A DNA stretch of 64,000 nucleotides, taken from positions 186,001 to 250,000 of the forward strand of contig ML978127.1 in the NCBI GenBank assembly GCA_010015805.1, read 5' to 3'. This DNA comes from Rhizodiscina lignyota. Lineage: Eukaryota. Position numbers and translations under genes: made by a program. The notes beneath the pieces were generated by a model. The model had not been told where the DNA came from, made no database searches, and saw nothing but the letters and a program-made list of their open reading frames with translations. Positions 33,169 to 46,126 of the stretch are shown here, in pieces. Numbering within the stretch: the first letter of the stretch is position 1; the number at the start of each line of letters is the position of its first letter.

Positions 33169-35760
33169 TCACCACCAGATCTGCTGCTCGTTAGCACGGA
33201 GATTAATCCAGCAATCAGGGGACGACTTACCCAATTCAAGACCCACATTCCTGCCAGCAACACACCCATCCGGAGCCTCAAATCCTTCGGCCATACTCTA
33301 GCCCGCCATTGTTTCTGCGTTACGCTTATCCACGCGCCCTTCTCCAATGTGTCCATCTCCATCGCTCCCGAATCGCTCTCATCGCCCTCCTTCAGCATCC
33401 ATGCGGTGATTGTCCCTGTCGCAGCCGCAAGCTTCCAGCTTATCCAGAAGAATACCGGTGTGAGGACAATAAAGTCCCGCCACCTGTCTCCCATCAAACT
33501 ACCATCGCCGTGGAAGATGCCGATAGACAAGAGTCCCTTGGTATCCGCCGCAAGCCAAATGTGGAACTGCAGCGTGAAGGTCTCGAGACTGCACTTGCCC
33601 AGCCACGCGAATACGCTCGAGTGGAAGTTTCGCAGGGTGGGACTGGCATTGCGCAGGACGACGAATGCGAGGATCGGAACCGCAGCAAGGAAAGGCTGGA
33701 TAGCGTTCGAGGACTCTTTGGACGGGAACGTGCGATAGATGAGCTGCACTGCTGGGAGGGCGATGATGGAGGCGACGATGGCGGAGATGCGAATGGCGTT
33801 AAAGGATCGAAGTGAGCTGCCGGAAGAGACAGCGGTGTTGTATCGTTCGAAGAGGAGCGCAACGAGCATGCCGATAAAGACAATGTAGCGGTCGAGGCCG
33901 AGGCGGAATTTCCATTCATGCACATCCCAGTGGATGCGAGCAATGAACCCAAGAACTGCAAAGATTGCATCGAAGATTGGAGTCTCCAGCAAGATGGTAA
34001 CAAGAATTGCAGAAATAGCAATTTTGGCGATGACAAAGCCGGTATTGTCATTGCGTGATGAGTAGACGCGCATGGTGAGGTACACGACGCCAAACCAGAA
34101 GGTGACAAGCGGTGCGAAATAGTAGAAGAGGTAGTCGGTGCCCATGACGTACGGTAAAGCGCAGGAGAGAAGGTTGAGGCGAACGAGAACGCCAGCTACA
34201 CGCTTGAAGGAGAAGTCGCCCTTCTTGAGGAAGTAGCACGTGTGTCCGAAGCCGGTGAGGAAGAGGTAAGATGCCACCATCAAACGGATGATCTCGTAGA
34301 TCCAGAGGACGCTCGAGGCACCAGTCCAGTGGTAGATCAAGATCGCAAATTGCATCCAGCCTTTCCATTCCTCGGTCTGGTCTCGTGAGAGGAAGGGCTG
34401 GTCCTTTGGTGGACCACCATTGGAGGGTCTTCCAGATCGACGAATAGATAGGACGCCTGCCAGGAGAGTGAGGCCGGACAAGAGGAAGAATTCGCTGTTT
34501 TCAAAGTGCTTCTTGTCCTTGTCGAAGAGCTGAGTGCGATCTGCGAGATAGCAGTATGCAAGCGTTGCTACTGCAAAGAAGAGCGCCTGCTTGGTAGCAT
34601 CTTGCTGCTCAGCCCTAAAAGCATTGTATAGAGCGAAACCTGCAATGGCCAGCCCGGCCAAGAGAACTCCCCACTGAACAAAAACGGCAGGCTTGTATGC
34701 CGAGCAGCATGTTCGATCATAGGGATATCCGCCTGTTTGATCCAGCTTTGCGTTGCATCTCAGGTTCAGAAGAACGTCTGCTTTCGCATCGGCAATGTTC
34801 TGCACGACGTGGAATCCTGTGGGGTCCAGGCTGTCTTCCTCCTCTTCCGTCATTGCCAGATAACTCCACAAAACATTGTTCCGATTGCTCAAATCTTCCA
34901 GATAAACGTTCATCGTCTCAACTTCTCCCTGGATGATCGTTTCTCGGCGTATCCCTTCCAACTTGTCGTAGATGGGTATCTGAATCGGTGTTAAAAATAC
35001 CTGATCACCGACATCATTCGCTTTGGAGGTCGAAATCGTATCAGCCAGGCTCATCTCAGAGCGCGTGAACTCGGTGATGTTATCGAGGGTCTCCTGGTAT
35101 TCACGAAGGCTGTGTGCGAGGTCAAACCACCTCGAAAACCAAGCTCCACCACCCACCACCATCAGCGCGGCGCTGTCTCCGGTGTTATTTGACCAGACCT
35201 TTCCAGTTTTCTTGTGATTATAGGCCCTGAGCCCGTCATAGAGGCTTGATCCGTTGAGAAATGGATCCCACAGGAACTCTAGAGTGACACCATTAATTGT
35301 TGATTTCTGATCCTCATGTTTGTATGCTGAGTGCTCCAAGTCCTCCGCTTCGGTCTTGTTCAACTTCCGCGCCAGGGCCCAGAACACCTGTCGGACGGTC
35401 GAGTCGCCAGCAAAGACAATCTTCCTGTCGTCAACACATCGGGCAATCTCAGCGGGTTTGTACTGGTGTATTAAACATCCGGGTGCCTGCCAGCCCTTGT
35501 AGGGAGATCTGCTACCGTTCGATTGTAGGGAGTCGAGCCACTGGCCATCGTTCAACAACGCCTCGCATTTGTACGGATCTTGAGAATCTGCGCGAGTCAA
35601 TTCGAGTCAGCCTTGTCCTGCGAATATTCATTGCTGATGTCTTACCAAGGTCGTATCTCCTGTATGTGGCGGAGAGGAGAATTGCAGCAATGAGGAAGTA
35701 GGCAACATAATTGAAGATTTCAGCAAAGGAAGCCGCATGGAGAGGCTTCGCTTTGATCAT
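33169..35760 (-). CDS. CAS1: Cas1p/CASD1-type membrane O-acetyltransferase (SGNH-like lumenal domain plus multi-TM Cas1_AcylT domain)
   Basis: FAGDSTVRQ (GDS) and DPTGFH in the esterase-like domain. LSRDQTEEWKGWMQ, YLFLTGFGH, YYFAPL, EWKFRLGLD and SLETFTLQFHIWLAADT follow. Introns at 35588-35645 and about 33181-33230. Confidence 0.9.
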
Positions 35761-37115
35761 GATGAGCCTCTGTAGTAGTCGCGCAAGTCGAGCAATAATT
35801 CGCATCAAGAGGAAGGACAGGGACGAGGGAGCGACCGACAATAGCAAATGTAGAATAGTTGTCTGAAAGATGTTCACATGCTTTCAGAGCCAGATGACCA
35901 AAAAGAAGGAGGGAGTGGAGGCCGAACGACGGAGCTGTTGGCGTTGAAGAAGAGTGGCAGGTGCCAAAAGTTTGGAGGTTTAGAGTACGAAGTTCTTACG
36001 CGTACGGAAGAGCCATAGGCGAGTAAGGGATACGATCTACAAGCGCAGAACCTCTATACTGCGGCCCCTGCAGCGCGTGGAAGCCAACGTATCTTATTAG
36101 TACGCCATCGCCAACTACAGAGAATTTGATCGCCAGAAAAGATAACTAATTCGCGGCGGGGAACGAGTGCGCAATCACCCGCGGACAGGGCAGGGTGGCA
36201 TCAGGCCATGCGTCTGGGACGGGACTTGCATTGACGCGACTTCGCGCCTGCTGTGAGTGGCCCGCTAAACAATTGCCAAGAGCTTGGCAACAGAGCGCAG
36301 CCTGTCCGGCGAAAGGGGGTTGGTGCAGTGGCTTATGACTCTCCCCTTTCTCGCTTGGTGCCAAGCGAGCTGAGCTTGCCGAACGACAAGACTTTGTTCG
36401 ACTGGCCGTGTGTGCATCCTGCTGTGCTGCCTCTCACATCTGAACCTCAACACTTTGCAGGCGCGGTGCTGTGCGAGACGACAAAGAGGTACAGCTGCAC
36501 GTGCGGAATCCCGCCTCAAATTATCTCCCCGTCGTCCAGGATAGACGCGAGGCGCATCTAAAACGCTCCTTACGGTCTACTAAGCTGTCGACCGGGTGCT
36601 ACCCGACCTTCCGTGCTTTCCTAATCTTGCAAAAGGATTTGATAGACCCTGCGTTTGAGCGATTCGTATTCATTTGAAACGAAACGACGTGCCTTTATAT
36701 ATACCTCATGTCTTTCGGTATTTCCGGGTAAAGCAGGTTGGAACATCAGCTTTGATCATGGACAATATTTCCATTATTACTTCGCTATGTGCAAAGCTCT
36801 ATTTCGCCAATTCTTCTTCAGATCAGTTTTGCGTATTCTCAGCGTCTCACTGACACGTTGCCTCCGACAATCTCATACTGAATGGGGCTTCTATGCATGA
36901 CGCGTCCTTGCGCTTCTCCATCCTGCAGACTCCCGTTCCCAGCGGTTACAGAGTGCTTCGCAGGTTTGAAGTACGTTGGACCACGTACTCATTACTTCCG
37001 ATCCGTGTGCAGTTTGGAATCGTCATTGTGCAACTCGTCGAGCCGCCGGCCAGGCTACGCACCAATTTGTGATGCAAACACCATATGAGATGCCCTTGTC
37101 GCTACGTACCACCTA

Positions 37116-38374
37116 TCACTCGCAACATTGGGGCGGAGCTACTCGCTCTACTTCGACCAGAGCTTGCTGATATGTTGGCATGCCCTCTCCCTCTGCAATA
37201 TCTGTGCTGGTTCGGTTACTCGATGAAGCTCCTGCTTGGGCACCGGACGACACCTGGTGTTGCGGTGACTGAAACCGCGGCAGAACAGTCACTGCAATCG
37301 CTGTAAAACTTCCCGACTTGGCCTGATATAGGAACTTTTTGTCTGCGACGGTCACGGTGGCCGATAAATGTAGGAAATATGACCTTTTGACCTTGTAAGT
37401 CTCAAAGGCCGGTGGAATGTACTCCGGAATTGTAGCTGAAAGCATCTTGGTCCAGCCTTCGCCCTTTGTGAAAAGCCCCTCATTGTTCCAGTCATGTCTC
37501 CACAGCGTGGCTGCTGTGCGATCGTATGCATCATGCGCCGCACCGTCAGCTTCAAATCTGTCATGCGCCTTGAGCTCGATGGTCAAAGACTCTAGATGCA
37601 CCTGTGGCAAGCAGGGACAGGTCGATTCCGGATGCCTTGGAAGATGTTCGATGCCGGCACAGACTAGGAGACGGCTACCAATCATCACGACTGAAGGGAA
37701 TGTAACGGTCAGTCTGAAGGCTGCCGTCGGAAGCTCGCTGCTGTTCAATACTGATTTTATCTTTTCCTTAAATGTCAAATCACGCCCTTCATTTTCTGGC
37801 AGGAGCTTCAAACTTCTCACAACGAATGTCTCCGGGAAGGATATATTCCGCGTATCCGGCAAAGGCGAGCCGGGTGGAAGTGAGAGAGTCGAGAGAACTT
37901 GATCGCTTGTTCAGCCTCATACATTGATAGGTGCGACTCGTGTTTGTAGATTGACGCCGTCAATTTGTATTCCACGAAAGCTCCTGAACCATATTGGTGA
38001 TGTGTGAAGGTTGGCGGCAATGTGTCATCCACATGGTGTAGAGTTGGACCGCTGCGCTTGGGCATCAGCGTTGGGAATGATATTGCAAACGGCCAGCTGT
38101 AGTCTCGGCCTCCGTCAAGAGGTGTCGAATGCGCATTAATCGTGCTTTGCTTCACAAACATTAGGTGGTGTGATGTATAAGTTGTCTGGTTTCTCGAGTC
38201 GCCGCGCGTTATCTCCGTTCTGATTCCACCCCAGAGTTTGATCTCGATCGCCCCGATGAGCTCTGGCTTCGAATTGAAGATGTTTACTTTGCCAGTGACC
38301 TGCTCTCCCGGCCCATACGTTTTGGGTGGGAAGTAGCCCGTGGAGATAAAAACTTGTGTTTCATCAGGAGACAT
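37116..38374 (-). pseudogene. Alpha-arrestin-like protein with a 1-nt frameshift (pseudogene or sequence error)
   Basis: Arrestin-N motifs YGPGEQVTGKV, YSWPFAISFP, LPPTF and VEYKLTA. The C-domain has IPPAFETYKVKRSYFL and a terminal MPTY. The two halves lie in different frames, with the switch at about 37880-37897 and no usable intron. Confidence 0.7.
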
Positions 38375-38790
38375 CTTGAATTGGGTAGAATAGTAATTAA
38401 ACAAGAGAATTCGTGATATCAGGAGCAGTGAAGGAAAGCTGAAAGATTAAAGGCTTCGAAAGGATTAAAGACAAGTGCGATGAAAAGGAGAGTCAGACGC
38501 GAAGGCAGAAGCCAGTCGGACGTTTGAATCGATTTACCTACAGCCCGCAAACAAGAATTGCCATGGCCAAAATATAATTCTTCAGCTATGTATATGTTCA
38601 AGTTGGGCCCAAAAGAAGAGGGCAATGAGAGGGTTGGAGCACAGCAGAAGGCTTCGCTTCACAGCCTCCGAGTCATGAACAGAACAGGCATTGGATCCCT
38701 GCTCGAGGCGTTTATGGGCGGGTCATCTCTGCAGAGCGGATAGTGAACAGCCTCTCAGTCGCTTCCTCAACACATCGGAGTCTACGCGCA

Positions 38791-40655
38791 ATGAAGTCGC
38801 TTCTGGCCTTAGCATTATTTCTCTCCTCTGTACAATCTGTAATACCATCTCATCAAGAGCCGCTCCAGCCTCACGGACGGAAGCCACCCACACGGCATAG
38901 CTGGACACCTTTTACTGAGGAGTTCGACCGACGCGTCGCGCATGTCCTCGAGCACTTCCATGTGCCTGCCATATCAATTGCTGTGATCAATGGAAACGAG
39001 ACCTATGCAAAGGTAGTGCAATCAATGTTCATTGTTATTTTAATCCGTATCTTTAGGTGCGCCTCTTGATCTCACTTCCCGCGTTTTTTCGATATGTTTT
39101 CCATTGCGTCACCTTCGTCTCTCCACCTTCCAATTCGAGAGGCGATGCTATCAATTTTCATGTACGCTGAGGCAAGTTCAATAACTCTGTTAAGGGCTAT
39201 GGCATCGCAAACTTTCCGGACACCCAGGCTACCCCCGACACCCTCTACTACTGTGGCTCGACTACCAAATCGTTTACTGCCGCGGCTATTCTCAAGCTGA
39301 TTGAACGCTCCGCAAATGATTCGCAACCACTTAGTCTTCAAACTAAGATACAACCAATCATTCGAGAAGAATTTGTTCTCCCGGACGAATACGCCACCGC
39401 GCATGTCACTTTTGAGGACGCCCTCTCTCACCGGACGGGGATGCCACGCCACGATAACTCATATGGCGAACCCAACGCGACACTATCTGCCATGATTAGG
39501 CGCCTACGGTATCTCCCGATGACAGCTGAGATCCGTCAAGAGTGGCAGTATTGCAACATGATGTTCGCCGTTCTCACGTACGTCGTGGAAACCCTGACAG
39601 GCTCCTGGCTGGGCGATTTCTTCCGCGAGAATTTCTGGCACCCACTTGGTATGCACTCGACATTCCTCAGCTTGGCAGATGCAAAGAGAGCTGCCGCAAT
39701 GGGGAACGGGCACCTTGCTACAGGCTACTTCTGGGACAACTCGACCGAAGAGTACGTTGCAGAGGACTACATGGAGGATACGCCTGTCGTTGGAGGTGCA
39801 GGAGCCGTGATCAGCTCAGTTCTGGACTACGCAAGATACCTCCGTGCAATGGTCACCATGAATTCTACATTACTTTCCGCGGATAGCTTCCGTGAACTCC
39901 GACATCCCCGTATTATTACAGAGCATGAGAACGCAGAGACTGGATGGACTGGACCGATGATGTATGGCCTAGCTTGGATGTATTCTGTATATCATGGCCA
40001 CAACATCTTTCATCATGGCGGCAGTGTCACCGGCTTCGGGGCGCTCATGGCGTACGCGCCAACCATTAAAGACGGCCTTGGCATCGCCATGATGGCGAAT
40101 ACGGATGTCACGAGTAATTCCGTGGAGCAGATCCTGTCATTCGATATTTTGAACGATATTCTTGATATTCCGCACGAAGAAAGATTCGACTGGATCAAGC
40201 AGACTGAAGAGGGCTTCGAACGAAAACGAGCTGCTATGACACCTAAGGCAGCTCGCAAGCGACATTTCCCCGACGCGCCTGAGCCGGAGAAGGCGCTGCC
40301 GCCATCACAAACCCTCGAAGCCTATGCTGGCTCATACTGGAACGATGGCTATCGGAACCTTACTGTCACTGTGAAGGCTCGAAAGGACAGCCATGGTGCT
40401 TCGACAGAAGTCCTGGAAATTGTAGTTCTCGATAAAGTTTGGCCGCACGCGATCACGTTTGAGCATATCAGCGGAGACTACTTCTTAGCTTGGATCCATC
40501 AACCCGAGAGGGAGCCAGGGATGTTAATGGATGATGTGAAGCCTGCAGAATTCCGCTTGGGGGCGAGTGGGAAGGTGGAGCAGATGGGTATTGCGTATGA
40601 TACGCAGATGAAGGGGGAGATGATTTGGTTTAAGAAGACGGAAACAATTGGTTAG
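38791..40655 (+). CDS. Secreted beta-lactamase-family (class C/AmpC-like) serine hydrolase
   Basis: Signal peptide MKSLLALALFLSSVQS. After intron 39013-39194 the frame reads GYG..GSTTKSFT (SxxK), LSHRTG, WQYCN (YxN) and HHGG. C-terminal YAGSYWNDGY domain. Confidence 0.9.
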
Positions 40656-41276
40656 CCTAGCGAACCATAAGAAACGATAACCCTGGACATATTTCGTTTC
40701 TGTGGTCCTGGTTGAAGACTGTCTCCGGGCTCCTTGGCTACGGACTGGTGTAGCAGGTTTACTCTTCCACAGGAACTAGCCCCCGAATCACTGAAGTGAA
40801 CGAGGCAGATAACATAGGTTAAAGGCACGATGGAACAGAAGGAACGAATTGAGATACAGCAATTAGGGAGTGAACTTTGATTATTTCAATGTCTCTTATT
40901 AATATCAACATTCTCTCAAGGGTGGAATGTGGAGGGGCGGTTTGCTCGGAAACCTCCATTCGACTTAGCTGAACCAACGACAAAAATAACAATTCTGCCG
41001 CCCATTACTGTGAAAAATAGACACTTCAAGTGATTATTAATTTACCTGACTCATCTCAATATGAAGTGAATCCGCCGGGCATGAATTAATGCATCACTGC
41101 GCTTCGGAAGCACGCGCTAAATAGTGACACGGAAGTGGCCCCCTTCTTGTCGGCTCTTCCTCATCTTCAGCAAAACATTATGATCTCACACGAACCGAAT
41201 CAAGCTTCTGACTTTACTTTACCTACTTCAACTGATAGTTTCGTTGTTTCCATCTCCATGTGAAAGCAACATCATC

Positions 41277-42617
41277 ATGGCTAAGGCAGCCGATGCTTCA
41301 AGTTCACCGCAATCCGTTGACAGACCTATTCGCTCCCCCTTTACTGAACTCCCGCGTGAGCTCCGCGACAAGATCTACCGCGATCTTCTCGTGATTCCCA
41401 AAGTCGTCATTGATACAAGACCTGTATCCGAATTGGCAGGTTCCGACTCTAACCCGAAGCTACGTCGTTCGACATGGCGCGCTGATGGAGACGATCGCAA
41501 TCGCCGCAAATTCGACGACTATTGTATGGTTACTTATGGTCGGCCGAAAAAGCAGAAATACGAGGAAGAAAACTACAATTTGGACCTGCATATCATGGGC
41601 ACCTGTCGTGATATGTATCGTGAGGCCACGAAAATATTCTACGCAGAGAACATATTCCACTTTCCACATGTCAGATATCTCAGTCCGGCTGTCCAGTTCA
41701 CGCCCGTGGCAACTTTGGTCGCTCGATTCTTGCAAGACCGGCCCTCCGAAGCTCGAATGATGATCAGATCTATCATATTCAATGCATACGTCTGCAGTCC
41801 CGGAAACTTGATATCACATATTCTGAAGCCGTTCTCTTACTGGTATGGTTCCCGGCGCGGGAGGCGGCGGCGGCGGCGGCGAGCTCAACGCGAACCCACG
41901 AGAGAGCTTGCTACTTCAAGTAGTATGAATACTCTTTGGGATCTACTGAAGGATATGCGAATTAGGGAGCTCTCGATTTATCTCTTTGATGCCGTTGAAG
42001 GGGCAATGGCCGAGCAGGCCGAGCCTGAGGAGAACTTTAACGGGGACGTTTATGCCCTCGACACTCACTGGACGTCACAAATGACTACTCTGCCGTTCCT
42101 CAAGCAGTTCAGTATCATAGTAATTGACGACAGACAGCATCATATCGAAGTAAAAGAAGAGTACATACATTTCGAATTCAACGAGCGCCGAAAACAGGGT
42201 GTCAAGAATTGGGCCAATTGTCTGTGAGAGCTGATCCAGCAGATCGTCCCACCCGATCTCTTACGGAAAATGCCCGTTACTGTACATGGCGAAAGACAAG
42301 CAGAGGTTTGTTTATATAACAAGGAAAGCAAATACGACGTCGATATCTATCTAGACTTTCTGTGGGAGAGGAACATCTACTTCTTATGCCTGAGCGTAGC
42401 GAATGGGAAATCAAGTCAGCCTCCCAATGGAGTCGCTGATTGCTCCCATCCAATGCCAGAAGAACTCAAGGATCGTGCACACGCTAAACTAAGAATCGTA
42501 CGGACGGACGTTGTGAAGCCTGAGAAGCTGGATGCCAAGCAGATGAGTAAAGAGTGGATCTTTTTCTACGAAGATATCTCACATTTAATCACGTCTGAAG
42601 GATCAGGGGTGGGTTGA
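41277..42617 (+). pseudogene. F-box-like (LPRELRD-motif) paralog 4 with one in-frame TGA
   Basis: PFTELPRELRDKIYRDLL, then MGTCRDMYREATKIFYAENIFHF, then FLQDRPSEARMMIRSI. The TGA at 42225-42227 is followed by 14 sense codons that run in frame into ORF 42270-42617. Confidence 0.7.
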
Positions 42618-43127
42618 GCAAGCCTTTTTTCGATGTCTTTCTACCACAATTCTTTTCGTGAGGGACGCCTGGATGAGCTCAGTGTATCTACCATTCGTTG
42701 TGTGGTATTTTCTCTAGCGTTTTGCTCTCCGGTGAAATAGTATCGAGAATTCTCTCATCAGAGAATCTTGCATGAGTCACATTAATCTGGGCTCACATGG
42801 CGTCATGTTAACATTCCAAATGGATATTATGGATGTGCAGACTCTTTTTTCCAATTATGAAACTAGATTCCAATGTGCAACGCCAACCCCAGGCATCGGA
42901 GACTTCTTTCCAACAAAGCAAAACAGCGCGTCAAGCGCAAGGCTCGGTGAGCATTCCGTCTGCACCGGCCGTGTGATGTAGTTACAACGCCTCTGAACAC
43001 CGATTAATGCTCTTCATCGCTCCTTCGTGCTCCACAATGCAATCATCGCTCTCATCCTTATGTCAAAGACATTCATCGCTTCCAAAACAAAATAAACTGC
43101 AAAGGTAAGCATACATATGGCAATCAA

Positions 43128-45738
43128 CTATCGCACAGGCCTGGGGGCCGTCTTCTTAAGGAACGGGCTAGGCATCTCGTCCCTCGTCGGGTCCCACTTC
43201 GGTGGTTCTTCTGGGACGGTCGTTCTCGTTCGGACCTTGCTCGCCGGCTCCATCTCGCTGTCGCTCCCAGCACCGCGAGATGGGATATCCCGTCCTCCGG
43301 CACGAGCTTGTGCGAGCTCGACAAGTGTGCGGCCTTGGATCTGGTTTCGCATCGCTTGACGGATCATGTCCTCGTAGGGCAACCCCTTCTTCGACTTCAG
43401 ACCTGTCCCTGTCGTCTCGCTCGATTTGCCATTCGCTGTAGAATTCGATGTTGCAGGAGCAGCACCAGTCTTGCGCGGCGATGGCCTCGTCGGACTAGCT
43501 GGAGCAGTAGTTGTTTTGCGTGTTGGCGAAGTTGTGACGACAGGGACTGCAGAGTTCGGCCGTGGCTTCACTTGCGCGCTGCTGTTGGCAGTTATGCGGT
43601 CCAATTGAGATTGACGTTGCTGCGCGGTAAATAAGCTTGGGGCTGACGCCAGACGCTGCTGCCCGCCTACCCTGTGGAGTGGATTGGGTTGACCCTTCTG
43701 TCCAACTGCGCCGCCAATGCTCGGTCGACCAGAGGCCTTGGATCTGGGACGAGGTTTGAAGGGATCGGTTGTATCTGCATTCCTTGTTGGAGATGGCAGA
43801 ACCGGAATACCATCCAATTCGTCGATTGCAGCATCATAATCCGTGTCGTCCGCATCAGAGTCCTCGATGTCGGAAATATTGGGCAAAGATGATGCATTTG
43901 TGGGCTCCCACTTGCTCGCTGGAGCGATGGCAAAGATGTTTTTCCCGGAACTGAGGATGTTTGATGAGCCGGCATCTGTTGCTGCTGCGGCAGCGCCAAA
44001 GTCAGGCTGTACACCTGGTTGTGTACGACGAGGAGAGAGAGCAAGAGCGCCGATGGTCATAGGTGACGGAGATGCCATATGGACGTCCATAGGTGAGTGT
44101 TGGTTCGCTGTGTCCATCATGGTCTTTGCGCGAGTAAAAGGAGTGCGTGTGGGACGCTTAGGTGGCTGGTTGCCGGGCAGTGAAGGCCGAGGTGCCTTTT
44201 TGGAGAGTAATGGTGATTCAATATGAAGGTCTGAAAGGTCTGAAAGATCGGTCTGTGATGGAAACTCGGACGCCTCTCCCAGTGTCGAGAATGACTGGCC
44301 TCCATTCCTCGAGATATATCCATCTTCATCGAGATCCGTATTCGTCGAATTACTCCGTGGTTTGGTCGGAGTGCACGACTGGACGTATGCTGGCCCTTGG
44401 TTTTTCAATTCCACTAGGCGTTCGGCAAGCCTCTTCTGCACTTCCTTTTCTACTTCATCCGGATAGAGCTCGTTGAGCTTTTTAATATGCTCTTGGACCC
44501 TCCTGTCAATCTCCAACTGAGCGCGGACCTCCCATTCTCTCCTCAATTTCTCATCTATTTCGTGGCGAGACTTTTCCATCTCTGCATTGACATTTCTAAC
44601 TCTGTCCTCTAGTTCTTTCGCTTTTCGGCTAGCCATGCTCTTCTCTTGCTTCAACTGGTTGCCAAACTCTACAACTTCTGTTTGTTTCCTCATCAATCTG
44701 ACAATTGGCAAATTGATCAACTGTGCGGTGTCTGGTCGGCGCGATGGGTCTGTCCTTAAGCAGCTGCCAATGACGTTCTTGAGTTCTTGGCTGTAGATTA
44801 CAGGAAGTGGCGCGGTCTTCCCTGCTTTGATCTTCTGGATCAAATCGAAGTGGGTCTTTGCATTGAACGGCGGCTCCTTCGCACAAAGCTCATACATAAT
44901 GCAGCCCAAAGACCAAATGTCGGAGTAAAGAGTATATCGTTCGGCAGCGCAGATTTCTGGAGACATGTAGAAGGGTGTGCCGACATAGGTGCTGGCGAAG
45001 TCATGGGAGGCGATGATCTTGGAGAGGCCGAAGTCTCCAAGCTTGACAGAGTTATCTTCACCGAGGAAGACTGCGAACTGTTAGCCATCACTCAGATTAA
45101 TTTGCAGTAAGGAGACCGACTGTTCTCTGGTTTCAAGTCTCGATGCAGAACCATCCTTGAATTTGCCCTTGGAGGCTTGATTTCTCTGCTTCCTCCAAGG
45201 AGATTTCGTAGCCCTCCGACCTCGGGTGGGTCCTCCCCGTAGTGACATCGGTACAGCGCAGAAACAATCTGCGAGAACATGCTCCAGACAAATTCTTCGT
45301 CGGCGTATTTGCTTTCGCGTTTTAATTGTTTGATGACCCTTCCCAGGTCTCCATTGCCGCAGTATTCCATGTATAGATGCACGTCCGCAGTGTCTCTGTC
45401 GTGTGCTCGATTGAAGTATGCGACAATGTTTGGATGTCGGAGTTCTTTGAGGATTTGGATCTCTGCGGAGAGTTGCTCACGCTCTTTTGGTGTCATACGA
45501 AGGTATGAGATCTCCTTGCGGCACAATATCTGAATGTCAAGATTAGCACGTGCTTTCTCTTCAATGTAGCGACAGTGTACATACCTGCCCGTCTGACTTC
45601 TTTCGCACTTTGTTGATGACACCAAATGAGCCTTGACCTGCGTGGCGTATAAGTAATAGTCTTGTATGAGGAAGGGAACTTTATAGATGTACCAATCTTC
45701 TCCAGCACATCATATTTGTCGCTTTCCTTTTCCGCCAT
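43128..45738 (-). CDS. nimA: NIMA-family G2/M Ser/Thr kinase, 4 exons
   Basis: YDVLEKIG|QGSFG, ILCRKEISY, LYMEYCGNGDL, LHRDLKPEN, KLGDFGLSK, YVGTPFYMSPE and SDIWSLGC. Coiled coil and C-terminal GRTLVELAQAR..WDPTRDEMPSPF are typical of fungal NIMA. Confidence 0.95.
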
Positions 45739-46126
45739 CTTGTTTGCGTCGGCGGCAACTAGTGTGTTTAAAATCCAATGCGTTGGTACCTGAGTCAACT
45801 CATGCCCAGGAGATCGGGTTGAAGAAAAGTTTCCAAGATATAAAGGCAGTGAGGTTGTGTGGAGATGGCCGTGTGCATGTACAAGTCACAGGTACTTCAC
45901 GGTGCATGCAGGCAGAGATTCTTGTTGTCCGTCTGTGTTGCGAGGAGCAACACCGGGAGCGCTAACCTAATAAAGCCTAGCGCAGCTACCATGTGCTGTA
46001 GATCTTAAAGCCGCGGTATCGCCGAGTGGCGTCAGCGGCTCCGCTCAACTTCAAAATGTCTTCCACGCCCAAATTCTCGAGTCGCCAGCGCCGATTGTTT
46101 CTGCCGTAGAGTGCCAAGTCATCGCC

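Noticed and set aside
33169..35760. 'Cas1' as a sign of CRISPR
   Set aside because: This is a name collision only. The protein is the membrane O-acetyltransferase family, and I saw no repeat-spacer array in the window.
456..40655. Secondary-metabolite cluster (amidase, methyltransferase, oxidase, monooxygenase, hydrolase)
   Set aside because: There is no PKS, NRPS, terpene synthase or repeat-precursor backbone gene, and the enzymes are scattered among housekeeping genes.
41850..41885. (GGC)n run encoding poly-Arg in F-box paralog 4
   Set aside because: It is a short in-frame microsatellite with no further support for function.
42225..42227. Selenocysteine recoding of the in-frame TGA
   Set aside because: Pezizomycotina are not known to use selenocysteine, the site is not in a redox motif, and a CGA-to-TGA mutation is the simpler explanation.
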